A DNA stretch of 61,538 nucleotides, filler included, from Choristocarpus tenellus KU-1152 (Eukaryota > Protista > Phaeophyceae), in assembly GCA_964200185.2 (NCBI GenBank). It is 9 parts of 9 records of this genome, joined end to end, with 100 filler letters (N's around TTAATTAATTAA, not from the genome) between each part and the next. Parts side by side here need not be neighbours in the genome. Positions count along the whole stretch, not along the records: positions 31,803 to 36,659 come from CAXNAD020012772.1; positions 36,760 to 42,380 come from CAXNAD020010222.1; positions 42,481 to 47,528 come from CAXNAD020012048.1; 6 more parts are not named here. One strand, written 5' to 3'. A program made the translations under genes and the position numbers. Position 1 is the first letter of the stretch, and each line of letters starts with the position of its first letter. Under the pieces are notes generated by a model. That model worked only from the letters and a program-made list of their open reading frames with translations, had not been told where the DNA came from and did not search any database. Of the stretch, positions 34,977-46,947 are shown piece by piece.

Positions 34977-35903
34977 ATATGTACGCCCTTGGAACATCTA
35001 CATGAACATCGCTGACCTTCCCCTGCACGATTGACCCCCCCCCCACTCGTGTGTATGATGAAGGTGGTTCCTCAACCGAATCTGGCTTCGGGCATGCCCT
35101 CAAGTCTGAGTTGCCTAGAGAAGCGAGCAGGTATCCCACCGGGCGATTGCCGGTTGGATTCCGAGGCGAACCTCTGGTATTGACCAGGCAGGATCCTGAA
35201 TGTGTTGTCCAGGTGGTTGTGGTCGATGTCGGTGAAGTCTGGGATGATGATAGCCTGAAGGGGCACGACCCGGGGGCCCGGTTGTGCGTCCTGCATTGCC
35301 ACACACAAACATGTTCGTTGCGGGGGCTGTGTTGGTATATAGGACAATTGGAATGTGTTTGCGCGTTATATGGTCTGGTTTAGCTGTATGAGGGGGGTGT
35401 TGTTTGTTTGGGTTGGGGTTAGGAAAAACGGATAGTTTTATATGGATGATTGAGGATGCACTTAGGCAGCGGAACGAACGTATGGGACGCGTTTATTCGC
35501 CCTATGTAAGCTGTGAAATATTGCTTGAGAGAGGTGTCAGTAGCACTTGCAACTTGGAATAAAAAAAATATCCGTTGCTTGGATGCAGGGTTGGACATTA
35601 TATGGGGGAGAGGAATTATATGTTGGTTAAAGTGTATATGAGGGGGGATTGGACATGTGTATAGGGCCAGCGTGGCTTCGTTCGTGTGGGGGGCATTGTC
35701 TTGAGTTGGAAGCAATAAGAATCGTTACCCACCTTGTCCGTCCGTGACATGTGGATAGTTGGCACGCCATCAATGAAGCTGGCATTCAGCACCTCGAAGT
35801 CTTCAGTGACAAAGACGATCTCATCTCCAGCACTGAACATCCCTCCATAGCTGGAGTGGTGTCTGGTGTTCCATCGAATCGTGCCCTTGTGGTGGACAGT
35901 GAA

Positions 35904-36159
35904 GAGCCAAAGTATCTCAGAGGGTAGGGCGTGTCCATTTGGGGACCAAAATCCAATGTTGATTTTTGATGTAATTTTCGCTAACGTGTTTGTTAGGAAG
36001 TGTTAATATCCTTGTTTCGGAACAACCTTTCCATAACGCATATAATCCCTACTCGGAAACACTTTGGAGTAGGAAAATGTCATAAAAAGAAACGTGAGAA
36101 GCCAAGCACCAAAATGGACAAATAGGGCAAAACTTGTACCGTCTAAGATACTTTCACTC
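35904..36159 (+). mobile_element. MITE family A nested in the transposase exon of copy 1
   Basis: GAGCCAAAGTATCTCAG ... CTAAGATACTTTCACTC with a TGAA duplication. Absent from the paralogous site near 40228. Confidence 0.92.
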
Positions 36160-36759
36160 TGAACGGCAAGAACTCTATACCATTATACTCCGTTGGCTGC
36201 GTCCGCGCAATGCATATGTTCCCCTTAGCGAGCTGTCTCTTCTTCCTCGATAGCTGACCTCTCAGATACATATCACTCGTTCCTGCTTCCGTGGAGAATC
36301 CGAGGTCTATTTGCTTGAGTGGGGACACGTGGATTGGTTGCCACCTGCATTGGGCGAGGTTGTTGATGGAACAGTTTGTGCAGTAGCAGGACAGTTCGGT
36401 GTGTACCAGTGTACGGGAGCCGCCGGGTGTGAGTTGACCAGTGAAGAACCTGTGCATAGACTTGATTCCACTGAGGTTCGGGACACGTGGGTCATGTCGT
36501 CCCACACGGTCAATCTTGTAAGACGGAAGGTGGACTATCTCCTGTGTGCGGAACGTGTCGATGTGTAGAAGTTTTGCGTATGTGTTTCTGTGCTGTCTGC
36601 CATCCCTGTCCATCCAACCCTAAGGGTAGTGGACATTCGGCGTATGAGGGGAGGGGCGGNNNNNNNNNNNNNNNNNNNNNNNNNNNNNNNNNNNNNNNNN
36701 NNNTTAATTAATTAANNNNNNNNNNNNNNNNNNNNNNNNNNNNNNNNNNNNNNNNNNNN

Positions 36760-36820
36760 CCCCAGCCAACCAGAATTCTCCCGCCCACAAAACTCAGTTT
36801 ACTTCATAAACTCTCACTTT
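36760..36820 (+). repeat. Dispersed repeat fragment shared with 59531-59590
   Basis: CCCAG(C/T)CAACCAGAATTCT(C/T)CCGCCCACAAAACTCAG(T/G)TTACTTCATAAACT(C/T)TCACTT occurs at both sites. Confidence 0.8.
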
Positions 36821-37439
36821 TGTAGCATTATATTATAGTACACAACAAAAAAAAAGTTGTCGCCAAGCCACATATTCGACAAACCCTACACTCCATCACT
36901 CTGTCGACAACAAAGAACAATATTGAGGAATCGTCGTCGCAATTGTTCAAGGGATGGACTTGTGGACTTCGGAGGGGTAGACCCCAGGACATCCCATAGG
37001 CAAGACCACGTCTAGTCGCAGCAAGACACATTCCAATATAGCCTGTGCGTTCTGTAACTACCTCAATGGGGGATTAGCGCTTGAAGACTAGGCATAGTGA
37101 AGCATATGGTCACCATACCCTTCCGAAATCACACGTTTGCATCGAAATCCAAGAGACGTGGTATTCACTAGTTCCGTCGTAGTTCTGAGCCGGTGACGCA
37201 CACATCCTCCCATAAAGAGCAGAACGAAACCTATCGACGAAGTTCGTGTTCTCCGATATCCGCATTCCGATACCTATCAGAACCAAACGATGTTCCTTAC
37301 GGTTTCTGTTTCCAATCCCAACCATAGCACCTGTCCCGACCCTAACCCTATGCCCTAAACCTGACACACTCTCTCACCCTTACACGTTAATGAAATAATA
37401 CTGAATCATGTTTCGCCCTTCCTTCATCTGCTCGCCTCA

Positions 37440-40400
37440 TGTCATACTTTGTTGTACTTTACCGTTCGACAAAGTACGGCAAACATTGGGGCTGTCCACA
37501 TATCAACTTATTTCAAGTCACACACATCATGTCATTTTGCTAAATGTTGTTCCACAACAAAGTGTGGCGAAAGTTGCTGCGGTCCACATACCAACTTTTT
37601 CAAGCCACACACCTCCAAACCATTGTCCTTGACTCACCACAAAATTCCATTGCTATCTTATATCCCCCATAGAGTAAAGGGTGCATACAATGGTATGCGC
37701 ATGTGGGGCTATGTGTTGACCTACATCACATGTAACGTTCAGTATCCCTTCCACAAAATCCATCGTACACATTATTTTACCGTTCGTCAGAACACGTCAA
37801 TTGTGGTACATACATGAGCTAATGATGTCAGGGGCGACACCCACCATGCACCTGTCAAGTGCTTCCCAGCAAAAATTCAGATCAAAACACACATTCTACC
37901 GTTCGACAAACTACCCCCAGTCACTTCATCCTACATGCTTCATCGTACTTTTTAGAAACCTTTTGCCTGTGGCTCGCGATTGACCGCAATATACGACACA
38001 CACCTTTTCAGGAGAATCTAATCGGGGCAGTTTCGGTTGTTGATGCATCAAACACACCCTTCTCCATGCTTTCAAAGTGGGGTGTCATCCACCACGGCCG
38101 TTTCTGTGGAGAACTTTGTGACCAAACATTATGCGAGCACCTTTCCCCGAAGAAAGATGCAGTATTACCTATGTTTGCATTATGAGGATCGATTACTAGT
38201 GTCAAAGGAAACAAACCCACCAAACTTACATCATGAAAACCCCTTTGGATCCCACTCAGGAGACGGGGACTAAAGAGACTGCCCAAGACCAGTGCTGCCC
38301 GTTCATGGAAGAAATCCCAAACGGACCGGATAATGGACCTCTTCCTCTCCATGATTGTTAATCACGATGGCTCAGAAGGGATGGAAGGAAGCGGCCGCAC
38401 TTGGAACGACCTTGCCTCTTGGTTGTTGGATGAGAAGAGCAGATTTGTACTGTTGGCAAGTGCGCTGCAAGTTGTGTTGGGTCGGGAACAACGTGAGTCA
38501 ATGCCTGATCTCCGGGTTTACACATTCCTCGAATGTATAAAGAAAGATCTTAGCACCGAGCATACCCCCCAGGTGTACAAATCCATCCTCGTCGGCATCG
38601 CTCTTGATGTCGAAATAGGCTATGACGGGGTGACATCCACGTTTCAACCCCTTCTGTCTGTCACAGCAAAAAAATACGACATCAGCATCGACCCACTAAG
38701 GTCATCCGCCAAAAAACGCACAGAATTCTTGCGAGATATGCAGCGACAGGCGAGCCCCTCCGCATCGGCTACAGATGACGCTGGGGGCTTCTCTCCCAGC
38801 TCTGACATACATGCCGCTCACAACGTTACTCAAGGCACCGCCCACAGGTATGAAAGTTCGTTTCCCGCAACCACCAACAGTGTGACACACAATACTTCCC
38901 CCCTGGGCGAACGCATCCACTGTATGTAGAAAACCATTTCATCACTAACAGGGGTGCCCGGATGATCTCTCATATTCTGCTGCACAACCGACACACACCC
39001 CATATCTCCCATCGTTACTCACACAAAACGGCAGACCAAGGGTGTTCGACGTGAGAAGGGACAGCTCCTCACGACAGTTCCATGTACAGCATCCTGATAC
39101 ATACGTTCTGGGAATCACCGTGTGGGAGAGCAACAGCACCGCCATGCCCCATGATCTGGTCACATCTCATGATACCACTCAGGGAATGCACTACTTAGAC
39201 CCGCATACGAACAGGAGAGTTTGCCGCCCGGATGCACTGTGCCAACAGCACGCTCAGAGGTACTCTCAACAATAGCGAGTGTCATCCTCACAAATATTTC
39301 GCGTATCCAACCTCGACACATTATGGATTAATCATTGTGTAACATGTTCACCCTCCAACAAAACTGTGACATTACACTACGTACACATGGTGCAACTGGC
39401 GTCACAACAGGTCACAGATTGGGACAGATGAGGATGTCTATGCCAACTTCAAAGAGAGATTCGAACAGGAGGGGACCTCAGAACCAATACCCTGTCTGTC
39501 AACATTCGTGAAGTGGAGACCATTCTATATTTCAAAGGCCGCACCAAGGTATGTACGGAAATAGTCTCTCCCATTTTTTTGGGCATACACTACAGTGGCG
39601 ACCTGGCAACTCAACATTTCCTAAACGCCACAGGATAGCCAGTCACATACTGCATCATCAGTGTCCACACACAAGGGAGGATAACCCGCCGCATCCCTCC
39701 CTCCTCTCTCCCGCGCTGCACAGATCGTGCGTCCTCCCCTTATACACGCCCAATGTTCACAACCCTTAGGATTGGACGGACAGGGACGGCAGACAGCACA
39801 GTAACACATACACAAACCTTCTACACATCGACACGCTCCGCACACAGGAGATAGTCCACCTTCCGTCTTACAAGATCGACCATGCGGGGTGACACAACCC
39901 ACGTGTCCCAAACCTCAGTGGAATCAAGTCCATGTACAGGTTCTTCACTGGTCAGCTCACACCTGGCGGCTCCCGTACGTTGATATACACCGAACTGTCG
40001 TGCTACTGCACGAACTGTTCTATCGGCAACCTTGCACAATGCAGGAGGCAAACAACCCACGTGCCTCCACTCAAGGAAATAGACCTCAGATTTTCCACCA
40101 AAGCGGGAACAGGTGATATGTATCTGAGAAGTCAGCTGTCCAGGAAGAAGGGACAGCTTGCCGAGGGGAACATACGCATTGTGCGGACGCAGTCATCGGA
40201 GTACAATGGTGTAGAGTTCTTGCCGTTCACTATCCACTGCAAGGACACGATTCAATGGAATGCTAGACACCACTCCAGCTTCGGAGGGATGTTCAGCGCT
40301 GGAGATGAGATCGTCTTTGTCACACTGAAGACTTCGAGGTGCTGAGTGCCAGCTTCATTGATGGCGTGCCAACTATCCACATGTCATGGACGGACAAGGT

Positions 40401-41810
40401 GGGTAACGCTCGTTATTGCTTCCAACACAAACAATGCCCCACACGAATGAATCCATGCTGCCCATATACACATGTCATATACCCCCTTATATCCCCTCTA
40501 ACCAACTTAGATTCCTCCCCCATAACGTCCAATCCTGGCATCCAAACCAGTGTCATTTTGTTCTCCCTACCTGCAATCGCCAGTAACACCTTTCAAACAA
40601 TATTTCACTATTTACGTAGGGCGAATAAACGCGTCCCATACGTTCGTTTCGCTGCCTTAGTGTATCCTCAATCATCCATAAAACTATTCGTGTTTCTCAA
40701 AAAAACAAACAAACAACATCCCTCATATAGCTAAACCAGGCCATCACGCGCAAACACCTTCCAATAGTCCTACACACCAACACAGTCCCAACAACGAACA
40801 TGTTTGTGGCGAAGAAGGACGCACAACCGGGCCCCCGTGTCGTGCCCCTTCAGACTATCATCATCCCAGACTTCACAGGCATCGACCACAACCACCTGGA
40901 CAACACATTCAGGATCCTGCCTGGTCAATACCAGAGGTTCGCCTCGGAATCCAACCGGCAATCTCTCCGTGGGATACCTGCTCGCTTCTCTAGGCAACTC
41001 AGACTTGGGGACACGCCTGACGCCAGGTTCGGTTGAGGAACCAGCTTCATCCTACGCGCAAGTGGGGGGACCATCGTACAGGGGAAGGTCAGCGATGTTC
41101 ACATAGACGGTTTAGAGGCTTACATTTACTCAGCGTCCTACCTCCAGGACGATGGCGAAAAATCTGTACCCCCCCTCAACTGGGGTCGTTCATAGCAGAG
41201 GATGTGATCGAAGAGGGTATCAACCAATTTCGAGACAAGAACAAAAGAGAGACAGTGACAAGGTCGCAGCCCTGTGTGTCAGACAACACTGTCAGTCGAT
41301 TCTCGATCGACAGCGGAAGCGTAGGGACATGAACAAGAGTATATATAGAAATATATACCCTTTGAAACGACACTGAGTTATATGTGCCGGATTTAGATGA
41401 GGGAGTAACGCTCAATGCCAGAACCAAGGGCAGGGGACTATACTTCGGATGGGACGACGATCAGCGGATGCGAGGGACCGTGACCAAGTACCAGCCCCAC
41501 TACACACGGTGACAGTTAGTGAAAAGCGAGTCAGCTACCCCCACGAGGTCAAATGGGAGAATGGCGACATGCGAAATATGTAGCTCCTTGTCAATCACTG
41601 CAGCATTGACCAAGACCCTCCTAAACTGGCCTGGTTCTGGGTAAGTCCTACACTGCCACCATATTGACGACAGACAAAGCTTTGAGAAGCAACACAGGCC
41701 AATTTCTGTTTGTGAGTCACCCTCCACTTAGCCAGTCCGACACATGCATCCACGGACATGTTATGATGGAGAGGGATCATACGTTCTCTAGAACAACGGA
41801 CTTACGCATT

Positions 41811-41849
<39 letters not shown>

Positions 41850-42232
41850 TCCTCCCGAAGAGTTTGTGTTTAGATGTCCTCGTACACATGCTTTTATTCG
41901 CCCGATGGCAACCTAAATTTCGTCTGCATTAGTGCGTTCTGCCACCATCCTCTAATACTTTTATTGAAATGCCGCCCCAATCCTTTTTCCTCTCCTCTTT
42001 GCGCTGATAGGACCACAGAGCAATTGGCTGAAACCTTACAAGAAATACGTTCACGCACAAACATCTCGTACTCCACACCACCATCTTCAGCACAAGTCGA
42101 GATTTCCACAACACATGTCATGTCTTCCACGCCCAAACCAAGCGGTGGCAACCACCTAGACTCCAGGCTTTGAACCCAAAGGAGAACTTCCCCGAGCCAT
42201 AACAACGTAGTCTACACCCACTCAAGCGCCAA
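37440..42232 (+). mobile_element. Decayed, intron-containing Sola2-like transposon (copy 2), apparently missing the catalytic core
   Basis: Exons ~38012-38847 (in-frame stops), 39035-39259 and 39411-39548 join in phase: ...CQQHAQR|SQIGTDEDVYANFKERFEQEGTSEPIPCLSTFVKWRPFYISKAAPR. The Y..FK...STF...RP motif resembles Sola2 N-terminal regions. The next exon from 39770 carries GIKSMYRFF...ELSCYCTNC. Ends are not defined. Confidence 0.68.
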
Positions 42233-42480
42233 GGATTATTATGTACGTCCTTGGCTGAACTATGGGCAAGGAAAAGGCACACATTGAGTGGAAGCAAACG
42301 TTAGATACCCAGGTTTTGGCATATTATTTTAAGCCATTTTTATTTGAGTGAAATGTCAGGGACAGGTTCCTTTTTGGGATNNNNNNNNNNNNNNNNNNNN
42401 NNNNNNNNNNNNNNNNNNNNNNNNTTAATTAATTAANNNNNNNNNNNNNNNNNNNNNNNNNNNNNNNNNNNNNNNNNNNN

Positions 42481-42689
42481 GGGCTTGGCATCCCGTGGGG
42501 TTTTAATGATATTTTCCTAGTCCAAAATGTTTCGGAGTAGGTAAATTGTATACGTAATGAAAAGGTGTGTCCAGAACATGGATATTTACACTTCCTAACA
42601 AACACAATACCAAACATTACATCAAAATCGCAACATTAGATTTTGACCCCCAAATGGACGCGGCTCTACCCTCTAAGATACTTTGACTC
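42481..42689 (-). mobile_element. MITE family A, truncated at spacer
   Basis: Ends ...CTCTACCCTCTAAGATACTTTGACTC; internal sequence matches the family. Confidence 0.9.
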
Positions 42690-45434
42690 AATGCGGTGGA
42701 TAGATGAAGTGATGAACTAATACAATTGAGTACCTTGTTGCTGATGATGTATTTCTTGGTAGGAGGACCCTCTGCTGTAGACTCTCCTGGTGAATCGTCG
42801 GCGTAGGGGTCTATCCCGAGCTTGTCCTTCTCTTTCAGGTCCTTCATAACCTGAACTGTGACCTCCAGGACGGCCCCCCTGATGAGTACGTTCCTGGGGT
42901 GCATACGTCTCAGGTATGCCAACTGCACCATCCAGGATTGCGCTTCCCAATCCTCCTCCGCGCCTTGGTGGCAGACGCCGGGTCTGGATCGCCGACTCCT
43001 GGTCTATTTTTCTTCCCCTTTACTCTTGTCTTCTTTTTTCCTTTGTCTTGGTCGGCTGGGGGCCGTTTGTTCCGGACGCCCCTGAGAGTGTGGGAGAACT
43101 GTCGTGGAGAAGCACATGGGTGCTGGAACGGTGAGTGACATGGATGACACGGGTGTCTGTCTTGCGGGGTATGAACTAGGTGGTAAATATTGCGGCTGTT
43201 TCAGGGTCAGGAGGGGGGTATACGCATATACATCTATACGCTACTTCAATTATCACGGTCAAAATCGACTTACCCATTCCTCTGGAAATGTCTCCATCCC
43301 AACAACATACGTCAACGCGAGCACGTCAGTAGGCAGGTTTTGGCTGCCTGCTCTTAGAAGACGTGCGCAGCCACTTCGACAATGTCGCGCCATCGATGAC
43401 CTTGGAGAGTCTCCCCTCTCAGGATAGATAGTCCGACTCCAGCGAGAACATCAGTGCACATTCTAGCGAAATACTGCTCCTTGACCTCATCCGTGAGCTA
43501 CATGTACTTCAAATGTGCGGCAGAGTGTGTTTAGGATACCCGTAAAGAACGAGCTTTGAGGGTGTTGAGGAATTAAAATTGGAAGTGTATCTGCCAGGGA
43601 GGAAAAAGCAGGGGATGCGCGTAGCGCATCGAGACCTTACGGGCATGGGGATTGCTGGAAATTGATAGCTCTACCGTTCGTCAGAACACGTCAAATCCTT
43701 CAATTACTGTCGGCCCTATGTCATGTCTGCCGACGTTAAGTGGAGACAATTTGGTTGGGAACGTTTATCCCACCTTTGTCCTGTACACGTGCGTGAGACC
43801 CCTGCTGTTCTTAAGGGAAACCATGGCGGTGTCCGGGTTGGCATTCCACAGCACAGTGAACATGTGAACCGCTCTGAAGTCGAAATTGTCCTGGTCGGGT
43901 GCGCGTTGGGTGAGTGGAGGATAAGGTAATATGATCAGGACAGAAGAACGTGGGAGTGAGAGCGGGTTTGTTGGTTGATGGTGTGTGTCATACGGTCGAT
44001 AGAATTACACATGTGTGAAACGTCAATTCAAACTCAGAGTATTGGAAGTCAGGGGTTATTACTGTGTTGTTGGACTGTTGGTCATGGGGGGTATTTCATG
44101 TACTAATGTTAAAACGGGTGCATCGCGCTTACACTCGATCCCTCGTGCTTCTTGTGCTCTCTCCACACACCGAGAAGGATCTCCTCCAGTTCTTTTGTCT
44201 CTGTTGGAGGATAGCGGGAAGAGAGGGGTGGGGTATGTTAGACCACCAACGCGGAATTAATATGGATATATTAGACGAAAGGTACGCGGTGCTTCACAAT
44301 GGTTTTACGAAACGTTTCCTGTTCAAGGAGCCGTGAGAATCTCACCTTCTCCAACGCATATGTAGACAAGGGTGGCGATCGCGTTGAAGAATTGGACGGA
44401 GGTCTGGTTTGTGAGTCTATTCACCCCGGCTTCCATATGTGTGTCCTCCCAAGCTTCTTTAAGGAATGCCTTTATCTTGGCAGCTGCCCTCCTCTTAATA
44501 GCCGTCTGTAACGCGATGTCGTCACTCCGGAAGTCTACGTCACCTAGACAGTACTGGTTGCACTTAGTGACCAATGTCGCCATGCACGTGCGACGATCAG
44601 AGTCCTCTTCCATTTCATTGACGTAAGGGCGGGACCTGTCGCAACCGAAGTCGCGCCTATACTCCAGGATAGTGGCGACCCAGGACACCATCCAGTGGAA
44701 TATGTTGAGAATGTTGGACGCATGCGACTTACTGGCCGCCACACTCTCTCCTATCGAAAAAATTCAGCCTTTTCGCAGTTGCAGTACGGATAGATCCTCC
44801 ACATGAAGCTCCTGTGATCGCCTATCTGGAGGTTCGCTCCGACATCCGAGGCCCATCGCGTTGTGACATGCGGCGGGAGGTTAATGCCACCTGGGATACT
44901 TTCCTCGTGCACGACGCAATGGATTGTCCTCAGCACCATTATGTGGTGTTGTCCATTCAGGCAAAATAAGAGGTTGTCGTTGTCATCTGTATCCCTCTCG
45001 TCGCCATTCTCGTCTACATCCAGGTTGCCTTTGGTGATGTAGGTTGCAAGTAGTTCGCCATCAGGCACACTAGAGGGCACGTTCGCACTGCGCATGTCGG
45101 CTTTAATGTCACTTATGGTCTTCCATCTGTAGCACAGGGAAAAAAGCTGTCCACTCAGGATACCCGCGAGTCTATCGGCAGCGACAACTGGGTCCAGCCC
45201 TAGCTTGGAGAAAATAGACTCCACTCTATCGGTGTCCAGAAGGTTGGCGTTATACCTCTGTGTCATGTAGGCAGACGTTGCGAGGTCCATCGTGCAGGTC
45301 GCTCTGATGTTGGACGTTATGATGTATGTGCTCTTTTGGTCTTCATTAGTTTTCGGGCCTCCGACCGGCTGTCTGTGAAGACAGAGGGGAAATGTTGGGA
45401 CAACGGTATCAGCAAAGATCAACGATGTCCACAT
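42690..45434 (-). pseudogene. Frameshifted gene with a ParB/DGQHR-like motif, probably mobile-element cargo
   Basis: ORF 45434-44751 (..DNLLFCLNGQHHIMVLRTIH..WRIY..) can be continued into 44742-44323 by a 1-nt shift in a T6 run near 44760. Further coding-like fragments lie at 43140-42690. Confidence 0.45.
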
Positions 45435-45771
45435 AGGGGTGGATGCGACGGTTAGCCAAGCGCATGAAGGGTGTCTTTATATGAACAGTGGTGGACCATG
45501 TGATTAATTATGACGCGGGATCTGCACGGAGTGCAGGGTTCGTGTCCGTGCGTGGGCTATGCAAATGGAGATATGAAAAGAGTGTAGCGATTGCGTGGAA
45601 ATGGGGACGGTGTAACGCTTTCCTGCGAGGTCGCTATTTACCAAGAAATGTGAAACTGTTAACGCGGTCGACTTGGGATGGATATGAATATGAATAATAC
45701 GTACCAATATCGGACGCAACCTGGTGGGAATTTACGCACAGATCAAGGTCGGATATAGCGGGGGCAATCAT

Positions 45772-46300
45772 GCACAGGTTTGCGCTTGACATAGGGCGGG
45801 CAATAGTGAGTGCATTTCATGTGTTCTGTCGAACGGTGTAGACAATCAATATCCAAAGCGCGGCAATACCGTTGGGGTGTGTGTGTGTAAATTTGAAATG
45901 GTACTCCTGAGCAGGAACACATTACGTCGAATCTCGAAAGTGAAAGGTGAACATGAAAGGAATTTACGTGCCGACCCAGGTTAGATGTATGTAGGGCTAC
46001 CGCGCACAGGTCTGTGCTTGACATATGGCCAGTGATAAATGCATTTGATGTGCTCCATCGAACGGTAAATGCCATCTATTTCCAAAGCGCGGCGAGACGG
46101 TCGATGGTGTGTGTGTCCATTTGAAGTTGTAACAACCCGAGCAGATAAACATAACTTTGAACTGAGAAAGTGGTAGATGAAGATGTTAGGAGAGCAATCA
46201 CGCGCAGGTTTGCTCTTGACACAAGGCTGATAATAATAATGAATGAATTTAATGTGTTCTGACGAACGGTAGAGGCCATCAAATTCCGTAGCACAGCAAA
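45772..46300 (-). repeat. Three degenerate ~200-230 bp tandem units, each carrying a (T)ACCGTTCG motif on the minus strand
   Basis: Units start GC(A/G)CAGGT(T/C)TG..CTTGACA at 45772, 46003 and 46202, and each contains CGAACGGT. An inverted related copy lies at ~43650-43730. Confidence 0.75.
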
Positions 46301-46947
46301 AACGGTTTGGGGGTGTGTATGTATTTTTTCGATTTAAACCTTATCGGAAATGTTCCAATAGTATCGGAGCCCTTACACGCGCGTATCGAAGGTGTTACCA
46401 CGTCATCCTGGACGGACGGATGTCGTGGTGCGCGAAATTGCATCGTGGAGTCTTCCTTCTATTTCGGATCAATTGTCTGATTTCTCCCATCAAAAGTGAC
46501 AGCAACACATGTTCCAATTTCCGAAAAAGGTTCGGTCGAATTCGCTGTAGCCTTTTTGTCTTGGAGCCTTTGGATTTATTCTACGGCTACATTTTTGATC
46601 TGAGGTGAAATCTGTAAATTGCGGATTTGGATAAGTGTTGAAAATATGGATTATTTCTTTTTCTCGGGACTAGGGTTGGTATCATGGGCGCTGGTCAAAA
46701 TATGTTAGAAGTAGGGCCGCGTTCATTTTGTGTGACCGAATTCGAATGTTGCTTTTTTGCTGTCATTCTTGCCCTCCTTATTTTTGGATATGTAAATAAC
46801 CAAAATCCGAACACTCCTTTCCCATGGTGTAGACATTGTACTTCTCCAAAAAATTATTGGAGCAAAAGTACAAAATCCTTCAAAAACTGTGGCCAGTGAA
46901 GCCCCAAAAAGACAGGCAGGGAAAACTAGTGCCCTCTAACATAGAGC

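Larger units (their letters stand above)
33333..36659 (-). mobile_element. 3' half of a decayed Sola2-like DNA transposon (copy 1) with terminal repeat and two nested MITE-A insertions
   Basis: Terminus GGGACAAAGTATCTTAGGGGGG...GCGTCCGTTT at 33333. Region 33600-36659 is a diverged reverse-complement paralog of 39730-42232. It encodes ...PNLSGIKSMHRFF...TLVHTELSCYCTNCSINNLAQC, resembling the C-terminal G-x3-H...LSCxCxxC region of Sola2-type transposases. Confidence 0.7.
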
